In this document: piece after piece, positions 1-13,200 of the stretch | Numbering within the stretch: position 1 is the stretch's first letter | Layout of the letters: the number at the start of each line of letters is the position of its first letter | Assembly: GCA_964035545.1 (NCBI GenBank) | Contig: OZ037766.1 | Coordinates: forward strand, 24,544,126-24,608,125 | Direction of reading: 5' to 3' | DNA length: 64,000 nt | Source: Bugula neritina | Lineage: Eukaryota; Animalia; Bryozoa | Notes under the pieces: model-generated | Databases searched by the model: none | What the model saw: only the letters and a program-made list of their open reading frames with translations | Told to the model about the DNA's origin: nothing | Program-made: the position numbers and the translations under genes

Positions 1-162
1 TTTTAATATATGTCAATATTTGTATTCATAATATTCAGCTATTGAATATTTAATATAGTTTGCTTAATTCTGTTTTATAGTGTTGTTTTGTTATATAAAT
101 TTTAAATGTAAAATTTGTTTTACAGAAATTGCAAGTGTTGAGCAACTTCACTAATTTATAAG

Positions 163-1210
163 ATGCCTAGTTCAGACGAGCAATTTATACCTCCTACACC
201 AGATGAAGTTCTGAGCATAAAATTTTTAAGCTCCAGTTGGTTTCAAGGAGCCTTGGCTGTAGGTGTTACCGGGTTAGTTTTCAGAAAAGCTAGGAGATGG
301 AACGTTACCAGGTAATACGTTAGTAATGAAAATGTATTAATTTTTATGACACCCTTATATAAGTTAATTATAGTTAGACAAAGAACCATGAGCCATTTAA
401 CATGGTTAATACGAAAGCGTTAACATGACTCCCATATTTCAAATGGCAGATTTTAGAGGCACTCCTAATACAGAAGCTTATGCCAACTGTGTCTGTACAA
501 TAGACTTCAGCGGTAATGAAGCTTTTAACCCCATCAACTTTAAGATCTATAAATAGGCATATCAACTCTGATATAGCTAAGGTAGCATACATTTTGGCCA
601 TGGAAATAGATGCTAATAGAAATGTTGATTTTAACCCCATATTATTTATTTTACCATTAAACTCGTTGAGGAAAATAAAAAAATGCATCTAATGATGTTT
701 TTCATATTTAATTTCATAGTAAAGTTACTTGCCACTAATAGTGGGATTGTAGGTGAAATTTTGGGGTACCCTAGAAATTTTTACTGTTTTGGTTTAACAT
801 GTAAGCAAATTTTACCTTTTATTTATTTTATGCAGCACCATGTTGATTTTAGATTTACTGTTTATTTTTCAATTGCAAGAGTGCTCCAATAATTACTGTT
901 GTTTATATTAATTGTAAATACTGATGTAAAAAAATACATATATCATCAAAAGATATTTTTATTGTCAATTGCTTCTAGTTGAACCACTCACTACCTCACT
1001 AATTCACTGCCATTTATTTTCAGTTTTGCTGCGTGCTGTGTATAGTGTATAGTATATGAGTTCTGATAGCTATAATAGGTTGATCACTTTCTTTGTTTCA
1101 GATATAATGCTGATGTAGAAACTGCAAGACGCCTGGCTGCTAGGCAGCTCTCTTTGCAGCGAAAAATTAACAAGGATGGGCTTGCAGCTGTCTCAAAGAA
1201 GCCATTGTAA
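163..1210 (+). CDS. Small 85-aa single-pass membrane protein (2 coding exons), weakly reminiscent of mitochondrial ATP synthase subunit e
   Basis: Exons 163-311 (acceptor tacag at 121-125, donor gtaata) and 1102-1210 (acceptor tttcag) splice in phase 2 to MPSSDEQFIPPTPDEVLSIKFLSSSWFQGALAVGVTGLVFRKARRWNVTRYNADVETARRLAARQLSLQRKINKDGLAAVSKKPL*. AATAAA at 1318-1323. Product identity uncertain. Confidence 0.7.
378..503 (+). mobile_element. Decayed Penelope-like element GIY-YIG endonuclease C-terminal fragment
   Basis: Reads TKNHEPFNMVNTKALT*LPYFKWQILEALLIQKLMPTVSVQ*, matching the H-x-F-x3-N-x-K-I-L ... ILEALLI-x4-P-x-L/I-N-x-Q pattern of PLE GIY-YIG domains. In-frame stop; intronic. Confidence 0.45.
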
Positions 1211-2121
1211 CATTACTGCAAACAATTATGTCGGCTTTGTTGAAGATTAAGAATCTGTTTATTAGTTATAAGTTACTGAAAGTGTAAATTCTTTGTTTGA
1301 AAAATTAGTCTATTTTGAATAAAAAGTGAATTTTGTGGTTTGCCAAGTTTTGATGATGAGTTTTACCAACTGTAATTTTATATTTTTATTTAGTGTACAG
1401 ATGATTATTATACATGCAGTATGTAGCAGCTTTCTTGTTTTTGCTAAAACTATGGGAATAAATTCAACAACAAAAATTTTTTTTAGGCTCGTTTGTCCAG
1501 CAAGCCATAAGCTGTGTTAAAATGCTCATTGAAATTGCTTTTATCTCAAAGTTGCTAGATTTAGCTGCACCTAGTGTTTCATAAATTGGTCACAATGTAT
1601 TGGTGAATCAACAAAATAATGTTCAGAAGTAGTGAATACCCTCAGTATTTTACAGCAATGTAATTTTCTTTCTAAATCCAATTTTAATAATAAGAGTCAT
1701 TTTCTGCTGATAAAAAACTTGAGGAAAATTTAGCTCACAAAACCTGCATCAATTTCTAAACTAAAAATAAAAAATATCTAGAAGTTGTAAGCTCCTGTAT
1801 ATGGATGGAGTTGTTATCTCAATAATGAACAACCTTGGTAACTGACCTAACAAGCGCTTAATGTGCGCTCCAGTATACTTTCTAGCTATTCTAATAATTA
1901 GCTCTAGTCAAGAAATCGATATTGAGACGTCAATGTGAACCTTGGTCGGATTTTACCCAATGTGTTGTTAGAGGTTAATTAGTTGCTTCAAAATAAATAC
2001 AAAGCTGAATGTATATGTAATACTTATTCACTCATTCATAGTTTGTGAACTAGAACTGCAGCTGAAAGGCCGATCGTTAAAACTTTGGCATGTCTTCAGA
2101 CCACTCGTATGGCTTTAAATG

Positions 2122-3020
2122 GTAATTTGGTGCAATTAACTTGAACTTGAAGCGTTTGAAAGTCATTGCATTAGCATGTCAAAAACAAATTAAAATTCAT
2201 GTTTGTATTAAACCGATTCATTATCAATTATGAATTATGATTATCATTATGATCATTATAATTATTATATTTTAATATATTGTAATTCAAATTGCTATTG
2301 TTATTATAATTATTACATTTAATTTTAATAATATTCAATTTAATATTATTAAATAATTAATATTCTTAATTTTATAGATCATTGAATAATATAAACAATA
2401 ACATAATAATAATAATAATATTAATGATATACTTCTATTTTACATTTGAACTTGAAAGTTGAAGCAATACTTTTACTTTTACTCGTACTCATAGAGATAG
2501 TGGTAGTCATCTGATTTTGGCATGTACCTACTTATAGCCGTACTGATACTGATACAGTGATAGTAGTAGAATAGTACAACTACATGCAACAGTAGAATTT
2601 ATATCAATTTAAATTTAAAACTATTACTAAGAGACAACAGTAATTTACTTTTAGTTTTACTTTTAGTAATGCTATTACTTATGCATTTATTTAATTCCAT
2701 TGCTATTGCCTATTAGACTTAGTTATAGTATTAGTATTACTATTAGTATTGCTACTAGTATTATAATAAATACAATAATTATAATTTATAAACAACTATT
2801 AGTATTATTGTTATTATTATTAGACTATTACTAGTAGTAGTACTATTAGTATCAGTAATACTAATAGTATTACTAATAAGTAGTAAATGTAAGTATCAGA
2901 ACAGTATCACTATGATGGTATACTTTTGTTATATTATGTTATCATTATGTTAATGTTATATGCTTATAAATGAAATTACTTGCTACAAATTATTATTATG
3001 GCTGTGTCATTTTCAAACAG
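2122..3020 (+). repeat. Putative ADCY9 5'UTR first intron filled with degenerate 6-bp-periodic sequence
   Basis: Donor G|GTAATT at 2122 and acceptor TTTCAAACAG at 3020. Interior examples: tttact tttagt tttact tttagt; agtatt agtatt actatt agtatt. Assignment to ADCY9 is inferred from position and strand. Confidence 0.6.
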
Positions 3021-6000
3021 AGTTTCACTACCAGTGTAATTCAGGTGGCCAGAGTCATGCTATCTCTATTTCTGTTAGAGCTAATGCTAAAATAAACATA
3101 ATAGATATCACAATTAAGGTTTGATTCAAGTCTGGTAAGCATTCAAAGTGACTGAGCCATAATTACATATTGGAACTGTAGCAGTACTAGTAATATATTA
3201 ATATTACCCTTATGACTCATGATTCTTTGCAGGGCTATAAAGCACCACCTGTCTATTACGTATGACTTTAATTGTTAATATTTTCACTGGCTATAACCTT
3301 TCTGTCCTTTGTGCACATACCAACTTATTTTTTGATTGTCAGTAGCCATGATTTCAGCTTTGATAAACTGACCTCTTAGAAACTGTGTTTTGCAAATATA
3401 ATTTAGTTTATTATGTCTTATAAAATCGGCTTATTAGATATATGTTTTTTTTTTCTAAAACTTGACACCTCATTGTATAAGAAATCTAATGCTCTTACCT
3501 GATTGTTTGGCTCCTAACTTGAAGTACAACTCACCTGTGCAACAGAGTATTTAAAAGATTTTTTTCACACAAATTTGAAGAGATTTATAAAAAATTTAAG
3601 TCAATAATTTCTATTGTTTTTTTCTCACAAAACGGTTAGTTTTGAAGTCAAAAGAATTTCTTGTTAAGTCTTTCTCCTAAGATTTTCCAATTTTTAAGCT
3701 TTGGATATGTTTTTGTAAGATTTTCTATGCTAGGGAACTATTATGTATTCATAACACTAAGTGCCTGCACCGTTGAAGTTCTGTCACTCCATTCTATATG
3801 AAGAGTATTTGATAGTATTCTAAGCCTAATAGTGGCTATTCAATAGGATGACGACTCTTGTGAAAACAACCGATCTTCTCTCATTTCCAAAATTGATATA
3901 AATTTGAGAAAGATAAAATGAAACTATAAGATGAAACTAAGGTGACTGAAATTAACTTCGAATCTATTACCTACATCAAGTCAAGTTAGTTGTTTTGCAG
4001 CTATTGCCAACAGCTTTTGTAAACTGTATAATAAACAATGTTGGTAAGTCTAAGTTGGGGTATTTCATTGTTTTTGTTTTGTCAAATTTGATGCATATTT
4101 CTAAAAAAAGCCAAACAAATTGTAGAGGGTTATACAGGTATTTTTACATCCTTGAGAAGCACATCCTAGTAGCTTAGGATGTGATTCATACTGTAAATTT
4201 CGTACACTCTCCAGTCTACTGTTTGCATCACTAATTAATACTCGGCCTATGAGTGTCTTAATTAAAATACTTCTCGAAGTAGAAATTGCAATTCCCACTT
4301 CAGTTCTTGTTGCATGATCTAAAACTGGCAACAGTTACCAGCTTCTATTCAACAAGCTTGCATTCGTTATTAAAAGTTATAAGTACTTTCAAAGCAGATA
4401 TGTTATGTCTGGTTTTCAGCATTTCAATTGGACAAGCGCAATGCTATGACACTTCAAAATCTGACAATATGACTGGCTCTAATTACTATTGATTTTATGT
4501 CGTATATTCTCCGTAGGAAGTTTTTCCAAGGTCTTAGCTGTAAATATGCACTAAAGTCATTATCTAACTACTTCCATGAGATTATCTGTGAATCATTCAT
4601 TGATGAAATTTCATTCAGTAATCATTTAGAAATCTATTTGAGTTCCTCCCTGGTGACTCATCACTGAGATTTTTCTCTAATATAATCATCTTAATTTTCT
4701 CTAGTTACTTATTGCACTCAATTTGATATATCCTGAAGTGTCGGGATGTATAAAAAGTTTTTCTGCCCTGCTTACATTCTATTAGGGATCTGGGCTATAT
4801 GTTCTGTTTTTTATGAACTGATTATGCATTGCTGGTATAAAATTTTATTTATGTACCTTCCTTCATGAAAGAATTCATTTTTCTATTTATATTTGTTGTC
4901 AGTCTGCTGGTTATATTGGTGCACAGCTTAGCCACGTACTATTCTTTATAGGGCTTCAGCTGCAGTGCTTCGGCTGCAAGCTGTAATAATTCATTACTAA
5001 ATGCAAGACAGCTGTGTACACGTTGGAGCTAGTATTTACTACTAGGTAACACTGGTCAGCTGCAGTGCTAAGCTAGACTCTGAAGGCGGACAACAGCAAG
5101 CTGTGCCTCAGTAATTGCTGTATATTTATAAATAGTTATTACTTTTTAAAGTCAATGAACTTCTACGCTAACAATTACCCAAGAATACACAAAGTACAGT
5201 TAATTGTTGTATTCAAGGTAACCCTGCAAGCTAAAATAACCAAATGTATTTCCCTTGAGCAAACTTTTTTTGGTTGTGAAGAGGACAAATAGAATTGCCT
5301 GAAGTCTACTGTAATAATTTTACCACTTGCAGGTTTATCAAGTATTACCCAGCATACACATAACTTATCTTGAAGATATTTAATGATGGCATAATATATT
5401 GACATTTTGATTACTCCAACATCAGTAATAATGTTATTATTGCATTACTGTAAACGAGCAAGGGACTTTTTCAGGCAACTTATCACTGATTTTATTAATA
5501 TTTTTATGCTTTATGTAGTGGTATATAGTTAATAAATAGTCCTCAAAAATTATTTTTTCAGTTTTAGATTTCTGATCTTATTAATTTTGATTACTAGCTT
5601 GAGTTTTGATTTATTTTACCTGTTTAAAATATGTGTGGGTGATATCTTTGAATGCCAACGTTTGCTAAAACAAGCAGGTTTTCTCCTACCTTCTTAAATC
5701 TTTCACATTTTTAATCATTCCCTTTTGTATTCATGCAAATGCAAATCTATAGAAGCTAATCTTCACATGTTTTGTAAAATTGTTACAGAAATCTCGAAAA
5801 ATTTCATGTGGTAATAATTTTTGTTGAAAAAAATAGATAAATTATTTGATTTTATAAACTGATTCCCAAATTTTTCATGTCGTTCTTATTCGATAATGTG
5901 TGGTGGTAATATACAGCTAGTTTGGTTGTAGATTCTGTTGCATGATTCCCTCACAAATTATAAAAAAGTAGTGAACATTTTCAATAGTATAACCTCTGAT

Positions 6001-6582
6001 AATGTGATAGTGAGGGGAGGTAAATCGTTATCACAATTTTTAAATAATGACAAAGCTGAAAAAGTATTTTTATAAAAATGTTGTTGATATGAACTTTTTC
6101 AGGTCATCCAGCTGCCAATTTTCTGGCAGCAGCAGTTTAGTAACAGCTGCAGCCTGAGAGATAGGTGTTGATAGCCTACATCAAGAGCAGTTCTACATGT
6201 TGCACACTAAAGCTATTATGGGCATAATAAATATAATTAACCGATTACACTAGCAATATTGCATTACTTATAGGGTGGTTACAGTGTAAGTAGTGCGAGG
6301 TTTTACTAGCAAAACTTTAATACTGAAGAATTATCAGGAGGCTTAGCTTAGTCTCCCGTTTATTATTCAAGCAAAACATTTCTCCGACTGCAGCTTTTGT
6401 ATTTTTCAATATAAATGGCAGTTTTCTGAGGCTGCCAGTAGTTTCCAAGTATTAAACTTACCACTATCCACCACTGACATGATCGGCTTAGTTCTGTTTA
6501 ATAGCCCCAGTTCTTTTATTTGAAAAAATCTCCCAACAACATAACTTTTCTCAACACAGGCTTTTCTCAATAACTGCACATA

Positions 6583-6744
6583 CAGTGCTCCCCCTGTAGC
6601 TCACGAAAATCTATAGGTCACGAGAAGGGCTTGGGGCTTGTGTGCGTGTGTGTGTATAGCGACAAAATGGCCAAATTTATATTATGTCACAAGTTGAGGT
6701 TTCAGCCCAGTGGCTTGGTGAGATACAGAGGGGGGGGGGTACTG
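6583..6744. mobile_element. Tc1/mariner(pogo)-type MITE, degenerate copy
   Basis: TA|CAGTGCTCCCCCTGTAGCTCA ... TGAGATACAGAGGGGGGGGGGTACTG terminal inverted repeats; internal similarity (GACAAAATGGCCAAATTTA) to the copy at 55916-56125. Confidence 0.75.
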
Positions 6745-6785
6745 TGGGGTTGTTCTGTAAGCTAGTTTAATCCATTTCAGGATGC

Positions 6786-6836
6786 ACATGTTACATGTTA
6801 CATGTTACATGTTACATGTTACATGTTACATGTTAC
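6786..6836. repeat. (ACATGTT)n heptanucleotide microsatellite, about 7 copies
   Basis: Direct inspection. Confidence 0.9.
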
Positions 6837-6852
6837 GTAAAATATTATATAT

Positions 6853-7130
6853 TGTTTGTTTGTTTGTTTGTTTGGTTTATTTCATCAAAGGTATTTAATA
6901 ACACAAGGACATTAGAAAATGCCAAGGAGGCGATGATGAGGCCCATTGCGCTATAGCCTAGCTAGTCATGCGCGGGCCAACACGAGCTGACAGCGACTCT
7001 ATCCAGAAAAATACAAAAAAATACAACTATTCTAACAGATAAAGCCTCAACTTCCTCCCAAATTCATTAGGGTTGCTAATTGACCGTAAAGGGATTGGCA
7101 GTTCATTCCATAGTGCCACCTCCATATAAT
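6853..7130 (-). mobile_element. 5'-truncated CR1/L2-group LINE 3' end
   Basis: Minus strand encodes VALWNELPIPLRSISNPNEFGRKLRLYLLE* (stop 7027-7029), the typical WNxLP...FKxxLK ORF2 C-terminus, followed by a 3'UTR, AATAAA and an (AAAC)n tail at 6853-6880. Confidence 0.75.
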
Positions 7131-7288
7131 ACTAATTACTAAGCAATTGCCTTACAATCCACATGTAAGTTCCAACTGAAATGCAAATATGGAAACCATA
7201 GTTGGCTGCATCCTTCATTATATTTTTTCTGTTTATCTAGATTTGGCAGCCTGAAGCATGAGTTCTTTGCAAACATACGCTCTCCACA

Positions 7289-10200
7289 ATGGAAGGAAAT
7301 AACAATAAATCCGGTGAGTCGAAATCTTTTGACCACTCCAGTCACAATGTGATTGAGATGCACGATAAACTGCAGCATATGGAACGAGAGATGGAAGTCA
7401 TGTATGAAGATGGTAAGACATCTAGAAGGATGCCCGTTCTCTTTGAAAGATCGGTCATGGGTTATCTCAATCCCAGATTCGACTCGGAAGATTTGGAGAG
7501 TCGGCTGAAAGAGAGGTTTTTTCCTCAAGACCAGAGAAAATTCCGTTCTGCTCTGGTGTACGTCATGCTGTCATGTCTGTGCTGGATAGTATTCTTTGTG
7601 ACTATGAGAACTTCGACCAATCACTGGGTTGCTCACACAGCAGGAGCTTCTGTCTTTATTTTTATAACTGTTTTAACTTTTATATTAACTTATTTGAAAA
7701 TCTATTCTAGACACTATTACCTCATACACTCGGTCTATGCCTTCTTGGTTTGCCTCTTCTCCTTGCTTCGGTTTCTTTTTGTGGGGAAGGAAGAAATTGG
7801 TTCTCAGATGCTGATGTCAAGTGTTGGTTCATTTTGTTCCGGAGTTGAAGTTATACTGCTAATCTACAATCTCATACCTCTGCCATTGTACGCTGCCTTT
7901 ACCTTATCTCTCTTGTTCACGGCCATCTTTAAAGGTTTGTTCTCTTGGAGGATGATTAGATCACCGAGTGTTGAGTTTATCATATGCGTCATTCTCTTGC
8001 TGGTTTGTGTACATGTGGTCTGTTTTTCCCTCCACCTCATGTCCACCATCAGAAAGCACTCCACTTTTCTCCGAATCTGTCAGTCTCATTTTGCGAGGAA
8101 GCAACTTCGAGATGAGAAGAAACTCAAAGAGGACATCATATACAGTCTCATGCCAGAGAAGGTTGCTAAGTGGGCTATGCAAAATAGAAATGCTGAAGAC
8201 CAAGAGGTGAGTCTATTGCATGTTCACTTCTGCAGCACTGATCATTTGTGTGTACTGTTATGTTGAGTAATGTAGCTATTAAAGTATTCAAAATAATTAT
8301 TAAAATAGTTATTTTTATTCACACAGTGGCAACGTTTCTATTTATAGCAAATTCTCTCTGTTCATATCTATATAATGTTATAAGAATTGGCACTATTTCA
8401 CAGATAGTTGAAATTCTAAATTGCCAGGAATATTGACTTGGTTGCCACCTGCGATTAAAATTGATTGAGTAGATAGAGTATTGTCAATAGTACATGTTCA
8501 GGTGACATGACAATAATCTTGTACTACAATAAGACGTGCTGTCATCAGCTGCCAATTAGATGCTGCCAAAAGGCACTGTGTGAGACTAGCCTCTAGAGTC
8601 TAGGTGTCTCAGGGTTACTAACCCGAAGCACATTAGCCTAGTTGGCGCTCAATACACTCTAGTCCTATTTTCAACCACCTGCGTGTAGTAAGCAGGTGGT
8701 TTGTAGCCAATAGCTATATTTATCATCAAATAATCTTGGCAATAAATCTATCTTTGCAACATTTTCCCATGGTGGTGATGATTAGCTGAATTGTTACTTA
8801 ATAAGCTAATTTTGTTGATTTTTTATGGGCTTAAGTGATCATTGCTTTCTCATCTTTTTATGATCAACATCTGTGTAATGCTTGACTAGATGGCTTTGGT
8901 TACAATTTTACCGATTTCATGGCTTTTCAATGTGTGAACAAGTTTTGCACAGAATTCGTGTTCAACCTTTTTCATACCTGCAACTATGTAGTATACCCCT
9001 TCACCCACCACTGACTACACACAACTAAATCTTTCTGGAACCAAATTTGTACAAAAAGAAACATTGCAAAGAGCTCTGTTTGGTTGCAATTTTTATCTTA
9101 TAAAATCATCATCGGTCAGATATACTAAGACACTTTGCAGTTCCAAACCTAACAGCTCTTGAAAACTATCAAATATTTGTAAGTTTAACATGTGCTAGTG
9201 ACTTGGCACTGCAATTTTGGTGTGGAAGTAATAATATTTCTCATACCCGCAGTTTTTAATGCTAGAAGCCAGCATGTTGAAAGGCATCCTTGAAAGTTTA
9301 AGTCAGAAGGAGTTGATTAAACTGTTGAAGCTAAGCCTTTGTCTTACCACCTTCTCCGTGAATCAGTGTATTGTTTCTCTAAAATGTCAATAATATTCTA
9401 ATGAAGCAGCCCTTGCCAGCTGGTAGCTATGTTTAGTGAGAGCAATCAAGGATAATGTGGTCTATGTTTGCTCTACTCAACAAAGAAGTTTATTATTTGC
9501 TCATTTTTTGCCTTAACTTTACTATTAATGAGCTTTTATGTAAAAACGCTACTTGCATGGGTGACTTTATTTATTTAGCCTCATTGTAAGACTCTAGTTT
9601 TCAGAGAGAGTCTTGGCTGTTGTCAGCTAAATTACACGTTTGAATGGGTGTTCTGAAAGGCTAAATTGCTGGGGTTTATTTATATTGTTTGCATACGAAT
9701 TTTACTATGTTAATTAAAGGATAAGTGATGTCTTAAATCAAAATATTTTCTTCTTAACGATAATTTCTTGTCCTACAAGGGGAGTTGTTTTCTCTCTATA
9801 TCACATGGTTTTCCAAACACCACTTCTAGTATCATCATCAATATCTCTAAATAGAGCGTGGATCTGCTGGGTTGTGTTTGCTGTCAATATCAAAATATAT
9901 TCGAATGTGAATGAATGTGAATGCAAAAGACACAACTCCGGTATAAGAAAGAGTTACCTGCAAAAGGCATATAATTTATGCTCCTTTGTTACAGTCTGCT
10001 AATATATGATCAGCTGTTGAACCTCCTGTCATTATTCATGTAATTTAGATATGTCATCAGTAACATCACCTCCTTTCGACTGATGATGTCTTGACAGATA
10101 TTCTCATTTATTCTAAACCAGTCCACTTTACATGTGTAGGTTTTGTTTTTTTATAGTTTTTGTTTTTAACTTTCTATGCCTTCTTACACTTAGCTACCAA

Positions 10201-13200
10201 CCATTGTAATATGGGCTAATCTAAAACTGAATGGGTTTTATGCAGGCGTTTTTATTTATTATGTATAACTATTTTTTAAAATCTGCTGATGTGCCACTTT
10301 TAAACTCATCTAAGCTCCAGGCTTAACTTCAAGAAAGCAATTTTTCTTCAGCTGTAATATTAGAAAGTTGTTAGGAGCTTGTTTTACACGTGAATGTCAT
10401 AAAATCCCTAAATGACTCTTCAAATTTGTCCAGAGTATCTGGTTACATCCCTACTGCGCTTAACCGAGGAAAAAGCCCTTTATACTAAGCCAAGATTGGC
10501 TAGATCTAGCTTAACAACTTCATTATTGGCTCCTCTTTTATAGCCCAGAATCGTTTTCCAGGTCTGCTAACCCTTGAGCTATTTATTTGTTTTATATAGA
10601 TAACCAAAAGTATGTTTTTTTTGTAACTGTTTTCATAAAACTCTAAAAAGCTAGTTGTATAGTTTTTAAATGTCTGCTCACGGAGCACGGTACCATAGCA
10701 AAGGTGTTGCATATTTTGCCATTATAAAAATAACTAAGTTTTAAGGGAACTTACTTTTTAATGTAATGATCAAACGCTACCTTAACTAATTTATTCTTGT
10801 GAATATCTAACAAAAGATGGACTATACAATTAATCAACTATTTTCAAAGAAACATATAATATGCTTTAGAGATATTATTAGATACGAGGAATTTTAAAAT
10901 TGAATTGAAGCGTGCAACATCGTGTTTTTGATACATAAAAGGATGAATACAGTGACACGAAGTGCTGTGATATTACATACATTTACATATCTAATGAAAT
11001 GTCTAAATAATGTCCCCCTTTCTAATAGAATGTTGCATCAGTTCCAGGTGCTTTCTAAAATTAGAAAGATAATTTGATTGATAGTTTACTCACTTGTGAA
11101 CGTCGGGATTCATGAGTTGTCAGGTCAGTGCCTTGTGTGAGAAGGGGTGATGGAAACCCACTGCAGTGACAAGACATGTCACATTAGCTTCCTAGACACC
11201 TGCTCCTATACGTGTGTTACAAGTTGTCTGCTCCTGTAATCACAGCTTAGTGATTAAGCTTTGCAAGTGCAGCAGTTAGCTATAATTAGTATAAGTTTTA
11301 TAGTAGCAGCAAATCCAAAGTCCACCAGAAATGTCATCTGCAGGTGATCAGAAACCCAAATCAATTCACACATGGCACACAAAATTCATTATAAAATAAA
11401 ATTGTGTAAGCATACTATTAACAGCATGTAGATGAACGATAGTATATATAAGAATATTTTAATACTGCATAAGTGAAGTGTGTCAGGAGTTCTTTAATGT
11501 ACATGTAGTTATATTTACTTTGTGGCTGGTTCCTTTACTTGGAAGAGTTAGCATGCAAAATTTTCTATGTCAGTTGTCTAAGCCTCTAAGGAAAATGGAG
11601 AACTGCTCAATAAGTTGTAATGCTGGGAATATTAAGGCGCCGGCTGTTTATACGGTATTTTAACTCCATTGCCGTTTTGCTGCTTGTAGTATAAGAGGAC
11701 TACACATTTATACTCTGAGCTTTTCCCCTCATAACTAAACTGGTTGATTTATCATCTCCAGGTTTAGTCCCTTTTTTATTTGCCAATATTGAGTAAAATT
11801 TAAAAATAAAATGTAGAAGTAATGCAATGTTTATGCAAATTTGTCCTGTTGACCGGACAACATGGCACAGTTATGGTCATACCTACTTAACAGATTTCCA
11901 CAAAAAACTTTTATAAAATTTGATGTTATGCAATTAATCACATCCTGGCTTTGATTTCACATTGAATCACTTTTTAAAACTTTTCCTTCTTTTTTGTTAC
12001 TGTAAAATTGGATACCTAAAATAATAATATATTTTTTCTCACCATGTATGGTCTATTATTCCGATGTATAGGATTTGTTTCCCTTACTTTGAACTTTAGA
12101 TTGTGAAAACATGTCCATTATTTACTATTATCTCAGTGTACCTGTGCTATACTTCCATCATTATACCTATGTATAACAAAATATTATATCAAATATACAC
12201 TACTTTTTATGATTAATGAAAGCTGGCTTAAGTTATTTAATTGTTTGCTGTGTGAGTAGATGTTGCATGTGACTGAAGCGTGCTCAAACATGTGTTTATT
12301 TGGTTACTATAGCAACAAGCAGATGGAGAATATGCCGGGTCTCAAGGTAATGGCTCAGGGGTGCAGAGGGGGCAGCTTATCTTCCGCCAGTTCACCATGG
12401 ATCGTATGTCGGACGTCAGCATCCTGTTTGCCGATATCGTTGGCTTCACAAAGATGTCTTCCAATAAATCGGCAGAACAACTTGTCAATCTACTCAATGA
12501 CCTCTTTGGGAGATTTGATGATCTCTGCGCTAAAAATAACTGTGAGAAAATCAGCACTTTAGGTAAGGCTATGGAAAACTTTTGGCACTCTTGCTATGTT
12601 ATGTTTTTATGTAGTTTATAAATATCTGCACCAAAAAATTTTAACACTTGAAGTTGTTTTTGAACTTGAATTTTAATTAGACTAAAAATAGCATCACCCA
12701 CGTTTCTAGCACGAAAACAAGTATGATAATCACTGATAAATATGTTTTAGCTATGCAATTCAAGCCTGAGTTTTAAATTCTGTTTTAGGAGACTGTTACT
12801 ATTGTGTGTCGGGTTGCCCCAAGCCCGACCCAAACCATGCGAAGAACTGTTTGAATTTAGGTCTAGACATGGTCACAGCTATTCAGCAGTTTGATGAAGA
12901 TCACAATGAAGAGGTCAGGCTACTTCCTCAAATCAAACTTGCTACTGTTTTTAAGATTTCCAGTAGTTGATTTTGTATCAGGGTTTAGGGTGGAACAGTT
13001 ATGGCTGATATCAACTGAAAACAAGCTTTTTTTCACCTGCCACTTTAAGTTGACTTTGTAAAACCTTTTAGTAATTAAAAGGTGCAAACAATTTTTTCAG
13101 CAATTAGGGGTATTTTTTTAGAACTGTGAGGTGAAAAGCTGTTATTAGCTACAGTTATATTTACTATATTGGGTTTTCTGTTTCCATATGAATTTTGGGT

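Noticed and set aside
374-688. 104-aa minus-strand ORF
   Set aside because: Intronic, no recognisable motif; antisense to a probable Penelope relic.
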